A stretch of DNA of 64,000 nt, taken from Chrysomallon squamiferum. Its lineage: Eukaryota > Animalia > Mollusca. Positions 1-11,669 of this stretch are shown here, piece after piece (the stretch's first letter is position 1; each line of letters begins with the position of its first letter). Made by a program: the position numbers and the translations under genes. The stretch is from assembly GCA_012295275.1 (NCBI GenBank), contig CM022670.1:1984001-2048000 (forward strand), in the 5' to 3' direction. The notes under the pieces were generated by a model. The model was not told the origin of the DNA and searched no databases. It worked only from the letters and a program-made list of their open reading frames with translations.

Positions 1-307
1 TTATTAATTATCATTAATGATATATATTTATCCAAATTACATATTTTCCGATTATAAAAAACTGAATATTACATTCAAAAATGTGTTTTATTCTTGTACG
101 ATTCAAATATACTTAGAGCTGGATTACATAAAAGCTGAAGCATTATATGTTTATTTGAATCCCAGTCAAAGTGAAAGGTCGCATTCACTATCACTTTCAG
201 TCACAGTGACTGCTGATGCAATCATACTCATTACACATACACACACAAAACATCATTTAGATGTACAAACAAGCTTAGATTTGAAAAAAAATGTTTTTGT
301 TTTTGTT

Positions 308-445
308 TCAGTCTTTCTTTTCAGTCGTTTCTCTCTCAATTTTGATTGTTTTTCCTTCAGGTTCTGGTTCTCCTTTCACGTCTGCTTCAATCAGCAAAAC
401 GCCCTCTGGTGAGATTTTTGATGACACGGTTTCCAGGTCAACATC
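308..445 (-). CDS. Small heat-shock protein A (HSP20/alpha-crystallin family), exon 3 of 3
   Basis: Acceptor ttttag|GAT at 445. Translates DVDLETVSSKISPEGVLLIEADVKGEPEPEGKTIKIERETTEKKD* (TGA 308-310): ACD beta8-beta9 'S.EGVL.IEA' plus a C-terminal I-x-I motif (IKI). Phase 0. Confidence 0.92.
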   Translation of the reverse strand, partial: DVDLETVSSKISPEGVLLIEADVKGEPEPEGKTIKIERETTEKKD

Positions 446-937
446 CTAAAATAAACACAAATTACTTTACATAGAGAATGTTTTAATGAATATAATTTGT
501 TTTATACAAGTTATAGAAATATATGTTGTTGTATTTTATTTATTATTATTTTTATAATCCGGTAATGAATAAAAGAAGATATTTAGCTAAAAAATGTGTA
601 CTTAAATTTAAAAAATAACTTTTTCATTTAGTTAATTAAATAATCATAAACAACTTTAAAAAATACATTGAAATTATTTATAAAAAAAATAATTATAAAA
701 CATTTTAAAATATAAAACAAAATTTAATAAATTTTTTTAATTACAAAACATTTTTAAAAATATAAAAAAAATAAATCATAAAAAAGTATTTTACTTTAAA
801 AAATTTTTTAATTCAATACAAAATTAATTTAAAAAAAAATAATAATAATAATAATAATAAATATATATATATATATTAAATATAAAGAAATTTTAGAACT
901 ACAGGATCTGTTAAATGACAAGACAAACAAAGCAGAC

Positions 938-1114
938 CTCTGGTATGATGAATTCCCGCGTGAATTCGCGCGACACAAAACCATGTTCGTCTGGTTTTGA
1001 CTCGTGTCTGCCGGTCACACTCAGTCTGTTTCCTGTGACCTTCACAGTCAGATCCTCCGGTTCAAACTGTCCAACGTCCAGTTTGACTTGAAACAATTTG
1101 TTGTCGTACTTCAC
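938..1114 (-). CDS. Small heat-shock protein A, exon 2 of 3 (alpha-crystallin domain core)
   Basis: Acceptor tttcag|GTG at 1114, donor GAG|gtctgc at 938; 177 bp, phase 0/0. VKYDNKLFQVKLDVGQFEPEDLTVKVTGNRLSVTGRHESKPDEHGFVSREFTREFIIPE is a textbook metazoan ACD. Confidence 0.95.
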
Positions 1115-1578
1115 CTGAAATAAATTTATAATGATTAGAATGTTCTAGTGATGATAATAATTATTATTCAATTTACACGTAAATTATTTATATCCTCAGT
1201 CTATCAGGAATTTTTGCAAATATCAAATTGTTTCAAAATAAAATTTTATTACGACAAAATGAAGTTAAATGACGAACTTTTTTTACAAGCTGATTTTATA
1301 TAAGTGTGTGCATGTGTGTATATATATATATATAATTTTTATACTTTATTATTTGCAAATGTTGTGGTCCATTAATAAATTACAACTTAGAAAAAAAATC
1401 TAAATATTTTAAAACCATTTTAAAACTTGTTACCTTCATCTAAAGTATACTTTAGAAATTGTGACCTTTTAGAATTTTAATTTCAAAACATAAATTTTTT
1501 TTTTTAAAAACCCAAAATAACATGTTTTTACACATTTTCCAATAATACTGAATTGTATTTATCTGATGTAGTGTAATA

Positions 1579-1612
<34 letters not shown>

Positions 1613-1867
1613 AAAAAAATACAAAATTTAATAAAAACATTGGGTATACTACTCACTTTGCTAATAATAAAGTATAATCACAAACTGATAAATATGGAGA
1701 TTTATACTCCCACACAGTAATTCAGTAACTGATGCAATCTCAGGAATTAGTAAATCTGTATTGATTGTTGCATCAGACCAAACTGAAACATTTTACTAAC
1801 ACTTTTCCTTTACAGTTAATATAATATTGTAACTGAAAATACATATTAATCAGTTTTATGGACTTAA

Positions 1868-1917
<50 letters not shown>

Positions 1918-2361
1918 TTAAACATTTTTAATTCGTATATTATTATTATCATCATTATTGTTAATACTATCACTGTTAATATTTATTATTAGTCGTGGTA
2001 GTAGTAGTAGTAGTAGTTCTTAGTTACTTTACTTATAAATATTGTCTGTTAATATTTTTAGTGTTACTATTTTTGTTGTTGTTACAGTAACAATAACATT
2101 TATAGCAGCGATTAGAGATATTAAATCATAAACTATGAAACTGTCATCATCAATAATAATAGTAGTAGTAGTAGTAGTAGTAATAGTAATAGTAGTAGTA
2201 GTAGTAACAGTAATAGAAGAAACGTAGTAGTAGTAGCAGTAGTAGTAGTAGTAGCAGCTAAATACAAAATATACTTCTTTAATTCTTTACATAATGGTCA
2301 ATCGCTTTATCTTGTTTTAACTTAAAAAACTTAAAATCACCAGTGATAAAAAAAGACTTAC

Positions 2362-2670
2362 AGACGTTCCCCCTACCTCAGTTCCCGCGTCCTCGGCCAG
2401 ACCCCAGCGCCAGCAGGGTCGGGCCATGTAGCCTGGCCAGCCCCTGGGCATCATTCTGTCCACGGTATCAGCCATGTTCTTGAACGCTTCGTCGAAAGCT
2501 CTGAACGGAGTTCGTGGGACTTCGTCGAAGAAATCGTTCCACGGAGACATCTGTCTCGCCCGAGGTCGGAATCTCATAACGATTCCCCCGCCACCTTTTT
2601 TGCTCATGTACCGGCACGGTCCCCCCCGTGGCCATAGCCTAAAACATCGCGGAAAAGCCTGTCGAAGCAT
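2362..2670 (-). CDS. Small heat-shock protein A, exon 1 of 3 (putative mitochondrial presequence plus N-terminal domain); full protein 207 aa
   Basis: ATG at 2670, donor TCT|gtaagt at 2362; 309 bp, phase 0, joining exon 2 in frame. Arg-rich, acid-free start MLRQAFPRCFRLWPRGGPCRYMS, then the sHSP-like aromatic motif SPWNDFFDE. TATA box and HSE lie just upstream. Confidence 0.88.
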
Positions 2671-2723
2671 CTTCTCTCTCTCGTCGACTCGAAATATCTG
2701 GTCCCTTAAGTTTTCTGATGCAA

Positions 2724-2729
2724 TTTATA
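2724..2729 (-). promoter_or_regulatory. TATA box of sHSP-A
   Basis: TATAAA on the minus strand, ~55 bp upstream of the ATG at 2670 and ~63 bp downstream of a perfect HSE. Confidence 0.75.
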
Positions 2730-2791
2730 CTTAAACCACAACTGCGAAGTTAGTCTGGCTGAATACTGTCAAGTCAGACGGCAGCTACACA

Positions 2792-2811
2792 CTTCTCGAA
2801 GCTTCGAGAAA
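2792..2811. promoter_or_regulatory. Heat shock element, 4 perfect inverted nGAAn units
   Basis: cTTCt cGAAg cTTCg aGAAa (palindromic core TTCTCGAAGCTTCGAGAA), upstream of an sHSP gene. Confidence 0.92.
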
Positions 2812-2820
2812 GGCCGTTAG

Positions 2821-2962
2821 CCAATCGGTATGCAGAACGGTGTTATGATGCTAAAAATAGACGAGGGGTTTTCCCAGCGCTCGTACATTATAGCCCTACG
2901 AAAAGTAATGCGCAAGTGTGAGATTTAATTTATTTTATGCTGCAATCTGATGGGGAATTTTC
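2821..2962. promoter_or_regulatory. Candidate CCAAT box, MEF2 site and two kB-like sites in the shared promoter
   Basis: CCAAT 2821-2825; CTAAAAATAG 2851-2860 (canonical MEF2 consensus); GGGGTTTTCC 2865-2874; GGGGAATTTTC 2952-2962. Motif matches only. Confidence 0.45.
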
Positions 2963-3269
2963 GTCATATTTTCATCGATATAATTATTCTGTTTACAACA
3001 ATAAAACATTGATTTTGTGTTACAATTTTACAACGCTGTAGTTATATTGTCACAAAATTAAGAGTTATAATTTATATAATGCTGTACATAATAAATCCTA
3101 CAAGATTAAAATAACATAAATTTTATTATCAACATAATTAATGGAAAAGCATATGAAATAAAACATTTCAGGTACATTACAGGTAAAACTGGTTCTTAAA
3201 ACCACGCCCACTTGTTATTTTTAACTAATACGTTTTAAAACGTGATGACGCACATGGCAAAAATAATAT

Positions 3270-3320
3270 TTTCTAGAAGTTTCTAGTAAATTCTGACAGT
3301 AATCCACAATGAGTATATAA
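3270..3320 (+). promoter_or_regulatory. Heat shock element plus TATA box of the double-ACD gene, copy 1
   Basis: TTCtaGAAgtTTCtaGTAaaTTC (3271-3293; 5 units, one mismatched) and TATATAA 3314-3320, ~90 bp before ATG 3411. GC-box-like CCACGCCC (~3202) and TGACG (~3246) lie upstream. Confidence 0.85.
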
Positions 3321-3410
3321 AGAGAGCCGAGCGAGTTGACATTTCATTTCATAAACACACGGGTATAACACTGGAGTTAAACTGTACAAGACGTAGGTTT
3401 AAAACTAAAA

Positions 3411-5067
3411 ATGTTTCGGTTTTTACCAGCTGAAAGTGAGTTATTTGAATACATGCCACACAAAACGTGCGGTCATCAGAACGGTTTGTTACCTTGGCCA
3501 CTGGGGATATTCATTACAAAACCCCAGAGCCACAGACACAAGCGATGTTCGAAATCTTGCCAGCGAAAAGGCGCTGACAATCAAGTTTTTAAGATGTCAG
3601 GCCAACCCGAAAGAAAAATGGCTGCCAAACCGGTGTGGCAAACCGTAGTAGACTGTGCAGGACTGTCAACCAAAGATTTAGAAGTAAGTGCTGAAAAGGG
3701 TAAAATATTTATCCACTTTAAGCACAAAGAAAGCGAGTCGTTATTTCTAGAAGTGACAAGAACAGTCTCAGTTCCACGCCATGTCGACCTGTCAACCGTA
3801 ACTTGCAGATTGACCCCGAACGGGTTTCTCCTTTTGGAAGGAAAACTGAAGAAACGGGAAAGCGAAATTTCGAAAAAGAGTTTGAAACCAAAGAGTGGAA
3901 AAGAAAGAAGAGGTGAGGAAAAGAGAGACTGTGAGCGATGTGTGAGCGACGAAACATTACAAACAAACGCAGAAAATGTTGACGACGTGTACACAGTCTG
4001 TGAGCGAGAAAACGAGGCGGGAGCTGTAACGACGTCGACAACAGAAATCGCTAACAGTGAAACGACTGTAACGACGTCTACGGCTGAAATCGCTAGCAGT
4101 AAAACGGCTTCAGATAATGATCAGAATAATGAGCAGCCCGCAGCATCAGAAGAAAAAGAAAAACTCTCTAAAACGCCTTCCGAAGATGAAAAACTTACAG
4201 AAAATACTGACAGATGTCTAAAACAAGACGACTTATCTGTTCTAAATGGAACACAAAACGAACAGTCTGATCCAAATGAAAAAGAGAATGGCACACAAGA
4301 AGAACCATCTCACTCGAATGAAACAAAAGATGAACCATCTCACTCGAATGAAACACAAGATGAACCATCTCACACGAATGAAACACAAGATGAACCATCT
4401 CATTCCGAATGAAACAAAAGATGAACCATCTCACTCGAATGAAACACAAGATGAACCATCTCACTCGAATGAAACACAAGATGAACCATCTATTCCGAAT
4501 GAAGAAGATACTCAACTGACTGATGAAAAACAGACTGAAAAACTGGAAAATATTTTTGTCCAACAAACCGACATCGATACACCTTCAACGGGACAATTCA
4601 GTGAAACGTCATGTTCCAGCGTATTTACAGAAGATGAAGAAAATGAAGAATTATCTTACGAAGAAGAATGTCTTAACGATCAGGATTTTGTCATCGTACA
4701 AGACGGATTAGAGGATCATCTCACTGACAAAACAAATGTGGAGGATTCTGATTTTCAGCACGATGAAAACTCTTCTTCAAAGTTAACTGAAAATAGGAAA
4801 ACAGAACATGGGATTTTTGAATCTGGCAAAAATGGAATAAAGCTGTGTTTAGATCTTCACAAGTACAAACCAAACGAAATAAATGTAAAAGTTCAAGACA
4901 ACCTCGTCAAAGTATCAGCAAAGCGAGAAATTAGGGGCGATAATTATAACGGATCTGAGAGTTATGATCGACAGATTTATCTCCCCGAATCCGCAGATCC
5001 GACAACACTGTACAGCACATTGCAAACTGATGGCTGTTTGATCGTTGGTGCCTCTTACAAAAAATAA
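3411..5067 (+). pseudogene. Double alpha-crystallin-domain sHSP (sHSP-B), copy 1, split by a +1 frameshift at ~4401-4406 (real or sequencing error)
   Basis: Near-identical to the intact 11670-13325 ORF. One 30-bp repeat reads CATTCCGAAT instead of CACTCGAAT, giving TGA at 4410-4412; the remainder is in ORF 4246..5067. Confidence 0.7.
4302..4502 (+). repeat. Coding 30-bp minisatellite (EPSHSNETQD)n, ~7 units
   Basis: GAACCATCTCACTCGAATGAAACACAAGAT tandem units. Confidence 0.95.
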
Positions 5068-5259
5068 TAACGAAGAAGAAACAGACATTCCTTGTTCGAA
5101 TTGCTGATGACTAAACTTATTTAATTTCTGTGTACATTTTAATGTATTTTATTATATCAGTTGAATAATAATTTAAAAATTATTTGATATAAAGATTCAT
5201 GTATTTATAATATACTACTAATATAAATTTCGAATACTATTACAATTTGCTGAACAAAT

Positions 5260-5265
5260 AATAAA
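5260..5265 (+). terminator. Candidate polyadenylation signal of sHSP-B copy 1 (also present in copies 2 and 3)
   Basis: AATAAA ~190 bp after the stop, followed by a GT/T-rich tract; the 3'UTR contains ATTTA motifs. Confidence 0.5.
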
Positions 5266-7026
5266 TTGATATACAAAAATGAACTGCCAGTTGTCTCTGT
5301 TTTTATTTATTTATTTATTATTTATTTATTTATTTATTGTGATAGAAAATATTTACACTTCGACTAAAATATATTTTTATAACGACAGAACTTTGTCTAA
5401 AAACGTTAAAATCATTATCTGTGGGTTAAACATGGAAGTAATTTAGTCTTGAATTTAGTGCGAGCTTTGATTTTTACGCACACATCCTCAGAGAAAGAAA
5501 GAGAGAAAGAGAGAAATCAGTATGAAAGAGAGATAGAAAGACAGGCAGACAGTCAGACAGTCAGACAGAAATAAACAGACAGACAGAGACAGACAGACAG
5601 ACACTGAAAAAAGATTGTTTTCTATATAATTATAATGCGAAATCTCCCCATAACTGTATTCAGTACAAGAGTACTAATACTAATACTTCTATTACTGAAA
5701 AAACAAATACTAGTTGGCCAAAAACCAAACTGTGTTTTTATAATAAAAATCTGTAATTAAAATCTGTTATTAAGTTTTTTATAAAGTAATGAACAACAAC
5801 AAAAAAGTATTATTTATTTACTTCTTTATTTACTTCTTTATTTATTTATTTATTTAATTATTATTATTTTTTTTTACTTTTTTTTGTTAACAGCATTCAC
5901 TGCTCTGTATATCGATGTTCTTGTTTCGTCATTTCACAGAGTTAACATTATCACTAATGGGAACTGATATGGTGAAAGGTATCACGTCAGACATGTCTGA
6001 GAAAGTGCTTCATTAAAAGCAGAGAATGACAGAGGCAGACGAGTGCAGCAGTACAAGATAAATCGAAACGATTCTAAAAAAAACCCCACAAATAATGTCA
6101 TGGTGAACTACTAAATATATTTTTTATTTTATTCAGGATGAACGGAAGAATACGACATTGTGTGTATCTGTGAGCATGTATGATTCTGACTGGCTGCATA
6201 TGGGCGTGTTCGGTTTGTGTGGATGTGTGTAGATGTTTGTTGGTATGTGCGCATGTGAGTGTAAATAGATATAGGTGGGTGCAAAATATTGTATGTATGA
6301 ACGGTATTGGTAAGCGTCCTCTTGTTTGTGAGAAGGTGGTTACACGAATTGTTTGTTGTTAATTGATAACATTAGACAATGGCATCGCGGAAACATATTT
6401 TCTTTTTTATATTACTGTTAGACGCTTTAAAAAGCGCACGTAATAATGCTATATATATATATATAGGCACAATTAGCAATAAAATTTACAGAACTGTATT
6501 CAATAAAAGTGTATTTTCGTTCGTAATCACACAGAATGTGTGTATGTCCGACACAGGCTAATACAGGAAAGGTTAAATAAATCAGGACCTGAGCTGTATT
6601 ATTTAAATATTTATTAACTGTAACTGGACCTGGAAATGAATTCTTTCAGAAATGAGGCGAAGAATCTGTCTTTGAACTACCTTCGTCTCATAAAATTGTA
6701 TTAAAAAAAAACTCTTAGGAAATAAGGAAAGTGGGTAATATATAACACGAATATCGTTTTACTGGGTTTTTAAGATGGCTTTGTGCTGAGCGTTCTGAAA
6801 TCACTTTATCTGATTTCAAATTTTACTTGAAATCCTCCACCAGTTCTGTATTTACAGATACAAGGTTTTACTTCGTAGGCGTATCGTTATATCACTGCAG
6901 TTGTGAGTCTGCACGTAACTCCCCCGATAAAAAGATATTAAAACAAGTTATTGTCTTTTCACCAGTGTCGTAATCTCATAGACATAGAATTCCTTGGCGC
7001 TACTGTAATTGCTGTTAATATGTTGC

Positions 7027-7040
7027 AGTAGTAGTAGTAA

Positions 7041-7102
<62 letters not shown>

Positions 7103-7128
7103 ATAGCTGTAGTAGTAGTAATAGTAGT
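7027..7128. repeat. (TAG)n microsatellite (homologues ~15290 and ~23455)
   Basis: Direct inspection; source of the poly-Leu ORF artefacts. Confidence 0.95.
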
Positions 7129-7922
7129 CTCATTATATAATGAAATTTATTTTATCTGAAAATTGTTAACACAACAAGGATACACTTTTTCTGATATTCT
7201 GCATCCGCCTAGCTGATGCATCTTTGATCTTTTTAATTTTTTTTTTGGTTTCCTTTTTCCTCGGAAGGTCATTAACTCTGATGAGATCTGAATGATTAAT
7301 TCAGGCAGAGTTACCGAGATTTAAGTTGATTAAACTATTGTGCAGCAAATGCTTCTTCAAGCACTTTGTTTTAATTAGATCGTTTGATGTTAAACACTGG
7401 ATAGATCACCATCTTTACTAGACTTTTAAAACCAACATAAACAAACCAATGAATTTTGTCTACGTTTGCTTTTCACTCTCAGATAAATGAGATTGCATGC
7501 TGTTATTGCTTTTACGTCTTTTACTCCTTAGATAACTGCAGGTTACAGTAAATGCAGAATGGTCTTACGTCTGAAAACTTTCAGAATCCACCCTGATGCT
7601 TATCTCGAAGACAATATATCATTCCGCGCTGAAGTACGCGTCACTTCTTTATTACAGACCACAATTATTATGATCGTTAGGTTTCTGAAAAAAGAGAAAA
7701 CGTAAAGAAAAGCGGTCGTAAATGAATTCTTAAGTCAGTTGGTACTCTCTATCTCCCTTGTCTGTCTGTCAGTCTGCCTCCCTGTCTATGTCAGTCTGTC
7801 AGTCTGGCAGTCTCTCTCATTCTCCATGTCTGTCTGTTTCTCTGTCCCTCTCTTACTTTCTCTCTCTCGGTCACTAACTCTCTGTCTTTTTCTCTGTCTC
7901 TGTTTCTGTCTTTTTCTCTCTG

Positions 7923-8053
<131 letters not shown>

Positions 8054-8409
8054 CTCTTTCTCATTCTCTCTGTCATTCCCCCTTACTGACTCTCTGCCTT
8101 TCCCTTCTCAATCTCTGTTTCTTACTAACTTTCTTTCTGTGTAGATCTGTGTTTGTGTGTGGCTGTGTATTTTGTTATATTTAGTGTACACATGTGGGAG
8201 TATGTTTATAAACAGATGGAAGAAAAGATCTGAGATTATTTTGAACGCGCGGTAGTTAGATTTAAAGATGCACTTACATGCGTAGAAAGGAACGTAGAAA
8301 TGCATATGTATTTTCATGTAAGAACACACACACACAGTATGAGAAATGAAGAATTATTATCTTTCCTTTGTCGTCCATTAAATTATCTGTGTTTTTAAAT
8401 TAATTAATT

Positions 8410-8446
<37 letters not shown>

Positions 8447-8496
8447 TTTTCAATGTATTTTTTTTATTTTTTTTTATGGGTTTTTGTAGGTTTAAA

Positions 8497-8535
<39 letters not shown>

Positions 8536-10001
8536 ATTATTATTATTATTGTTATTATTATTATTATTATTAATATATTTTTAAAATTAATAAATGTTAC
8601 ATTTTATTTTTATAACTGGGCATGAAGCCATTACAGATATAAAAGTTTTTTTGGTTCATACTCCGAGTAATAATTACCAAGCACTTAGTTATTAATCAAG
8701 TTTAAGTAGCATGTAAATAAACACTGAGCGCTGAACCCGGTTAACAAATTAACAGTAAAGTAGAGTCAGTATTTCTTGAAATTAAATTTCTTTTAATCTG
8801 TAATTAAGAACTCATTACTGACAAAGAGTATTACATTCAAAGTAACTTATCTGATGTTGTTGTCGCCACCGTGTATTTGTTTTTCTGCTGCTGTTGTCGT
8901 GGCATGTCTTACTTTGTAATGACGAAGAACGTCTTGACTAGCAAACTTAATTATTATTTAGGTAATCAGCGCCATGAGCTTTCAGCGCTTTACTAATGAA
9001 TGAAATGACTGCATTAAGATTAGCTAGGTATTATTTATGTGCATTATGTTTTTTATTTTTTTTTATTTTTTTTTTTTTTATTACTTTTAAAAAAAAAAAA
9101 AAAAAAAAAATTCCATGCGCAGTAGTACACGTAATCTATTGCAGGAATTTTATGAATTTCGGCCGTCACCCAGTTATTCATCTGACTAATTTCTGAATCG
9201 GATAAATGTTGCTATGTTAAAATAATTCTAACGTTATTGAGAAATATATAAGCAATTTACAATGATTAGTCGACGGGTATTTTTTATTCAAAATTTCAAT
9301 ATGGTTTTAACAGTGCATGACGTATCCTTATGTAAACATTCTGAAAAGCTATATGACGTTGTAAAATGTGATAATTACCAAATTATTATTCACTTTAACA
9401 TTGTTATAAAATAAAGAATTAACTGAAATGTGAAGTTGAAAACTGTTACTAAGTACATTTTTTTTTTTTTTACCATCATAGTAATGAACCTTTTTGTAAT
9501 GTATTATGTGTTGTGTTCACTTGGTAACTAATATAAAACTGGTGACGTCTTAAATTTATTTTTAAAAACGCTGAATTACATCAATTAATTATGTGAAAAC
9601 TTAACACATTAATAACCATTGTGTCAAACTCTGTATATAAACTCGATGTGTGTTTTGTTATTAATTATCATTAATGATATATATTTATCCAAACTACATA
9701 TTTTCCGGTTATAAAAAACTGAATATTACATTCAGAAATGTGTTTTATTCTTGTACGATTCAAATATACTTAGAGCTGGATTACATAAAAGCTGAAGCAT
9801 TATTTGTTTATTTGAATCCCAATCAAAGTGACAGTGCACAGTCACTATCACTTTCACAGTGAAAGGACGCGTTCACTATCACTTTCAGTCACAGTGACTG
9901 CTGACGCAATCATACTCATTACACATACACACACAAAACATCATTTAGATGTACAAACAAGCTTAGATTTGGAAAAAAATGTTTTTGTTTTTGTTTTTGT
10001 T

Positions 10002-10542
10002 TCAGTCTTTCTTTTCAGTCGTTTCTCTCTCTATTTTAATTGTTTTTCCTTCAGGTTCTGGTTCTCCTTTTACGTCTGCTTCAATCAGCAAAACGCCCTC
10101 TGGTGAGATTTTTGATGACACCGTTTCCAGGTCAACATCCTGAAATAAACACAAATTACTTTACATAGAGAATGTTTTAATGAATATAATTTGTTTTATA
10201 CAAGTTATAGAAATATATGTTGTTGTATTTTATTTATTATTATTTTTATAATCCGGTAATGAATAAAAGAATATATTTAGCAAAAAAATGTGTACTTAAA
10301 TTTAAAAAATAACTTTTTCATTTAGTTAATTAAATAATCATAAACAACTTTAAAAAATACATTGAAATTATTTATAAAAAAAAATAATTATAAAACATTT
10401 AAAAATATAAAACAAAATTTAATAATTTTTTTTTAATTACAAAACATTTCTAAAAATAAATAAAAATAAATCATAATAGTATTTTACTTTCCAATTTTTT
10501 TTAATTCAATACAAAATTAATTTAAAAAATAATAATAATAAT

Positions 10543-10599
<57 letters not shown>

Positions 10600-10834
10600 A
10601 TATAAAGAAATTTTAGAACTACAGGATCTGTTAAATGACAAGACAAACAAAGCAGACCTCTGGTATGATGAATTCCCGCGTGAATTCGCGCGACACAAAA
10701 CCATGTTCGTCTGGTTTTGACTCGTGTCTGCCGGTCACACTCAGTCTGTTTCCTGTGACCTTCACAGTCAGATCCTCCGGTTCAAACTGACCAACGTCCA
10801 GTTTCACTTGAAACAATTTGTTGTCGTACTTCAC
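10002..10834 (-). pseudogene. 5'-truncated sHSP-A copy 2: exons 2 (10658-10834) and 3 (10002-10139) only
   Basis: Exons and splice sites are intact. The equivalent of 1654-3110 (exon 1, TATA, HSE) is replaced by 'GT' at 11368-11369. No Met codon in the remaining frame. Confidence 0.85.
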
Positions 10835-11528
10835 CTGAAATAAATTTATAATGATTAGAATGTTCTAGTGATGATAATAATTATTATTCAATTTATTGTG
10901 TTCAAACACGTAAATTATTTATATCCTCAGTCTATCAGGAATTTTTGCAAATTTCAAATTGTTTCAAAATAAAATTTTATTACGACAAAATGAAGTTAAA
11001 TGACGAACTTTTTTTACAAGCTGATTTTATATAAGTGTGTGCATGTGTGTATATATATATATAATTTTTATACTTTATTATTTGCAAACGTTGTGGTCCA
11101 TTAATAAATTACAACTTAGAAAAAAAATCTAAATATTTTAAAACCATTTTAAAACTTGCTACCTTCATCTAAAGTATACTTTAGAAATTGTGACCTTTTA
11201 GAATTTTAATTTCAAAACATAAAAAAAAAAACCCCAAAATAACATGTTTTTACACATTTTCCAATAATACTGAATTGTATTTATCTGATGTAGTGTAATA
11301 CAAAAAACAAAAAAAACAAAAATACATAAAAAATACAAAATTTAATAAAAACATTGGGTATACTACTGTATAACATAAATTTTATTATCAACATAATTAA
11401 TGGAAAAGCATATGAAATAAAACATTTCAGGTACATTACAGGTAAAACTGGTTCTTAAAACCACGCCCTCTTGTTATTTTTAACTAATACGTTTTAAAAC
11501 GTGATGACGCACATGGCAAAAATAATAT

Positions 11529-11579
11529 TTTCTAGAAGTTTCTAGTAAATTCTGACAGTAATCCACAATGAGTATATAA
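11529..11579 (+). promoter_or_regulatory. HSE plus TATA box of sHSP-B copy 2
   Basis: TTCtaGAAgtTTCtaGTAaaTTC and TATATAA 11573-11579. Confidence 0.85.
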
Positions 11580-11669
11580 AGAGAGCCGAGCGAGTTGACA
11601 TTTCATTTCATAAACACACGGGTATAACACTGAAGTTAAACTGTAGAAGACGTAGGTTTAACACTAAAA

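Noticed and set aside
17-412. 131-aa plus-strand ORF (and homologues at 9674-10106 and 18110-18322)
   Set aside because: Antisense to sHSP-A exon 3 and its 3'UTR; broken differently in each copy; no recognisable domain.
4302-4502. 30-bp repeat array as a possible CRISPR
   Set aside because: No unique spacers, in-frame coding repeat, eukaryotic context.
3436-4711. Alternative-frame and antisense ORFs over sHSP-B (e.g. MNHLTRMKHK repeats, RVRWFILCFI repeats)
   Set aside because: Shadow translations of the real CDS and its 30-bp repeat.
5880-6362. Acceptor-like sites (ttaacag, tattcag) and a 60-74-aa V/C-rich ORF repeated in each unit
   Set aside because: GT-rich low complexity, a stop codon in two of three copies, and no coherent exon chain or homology; an lncRNA cannot be excluded.
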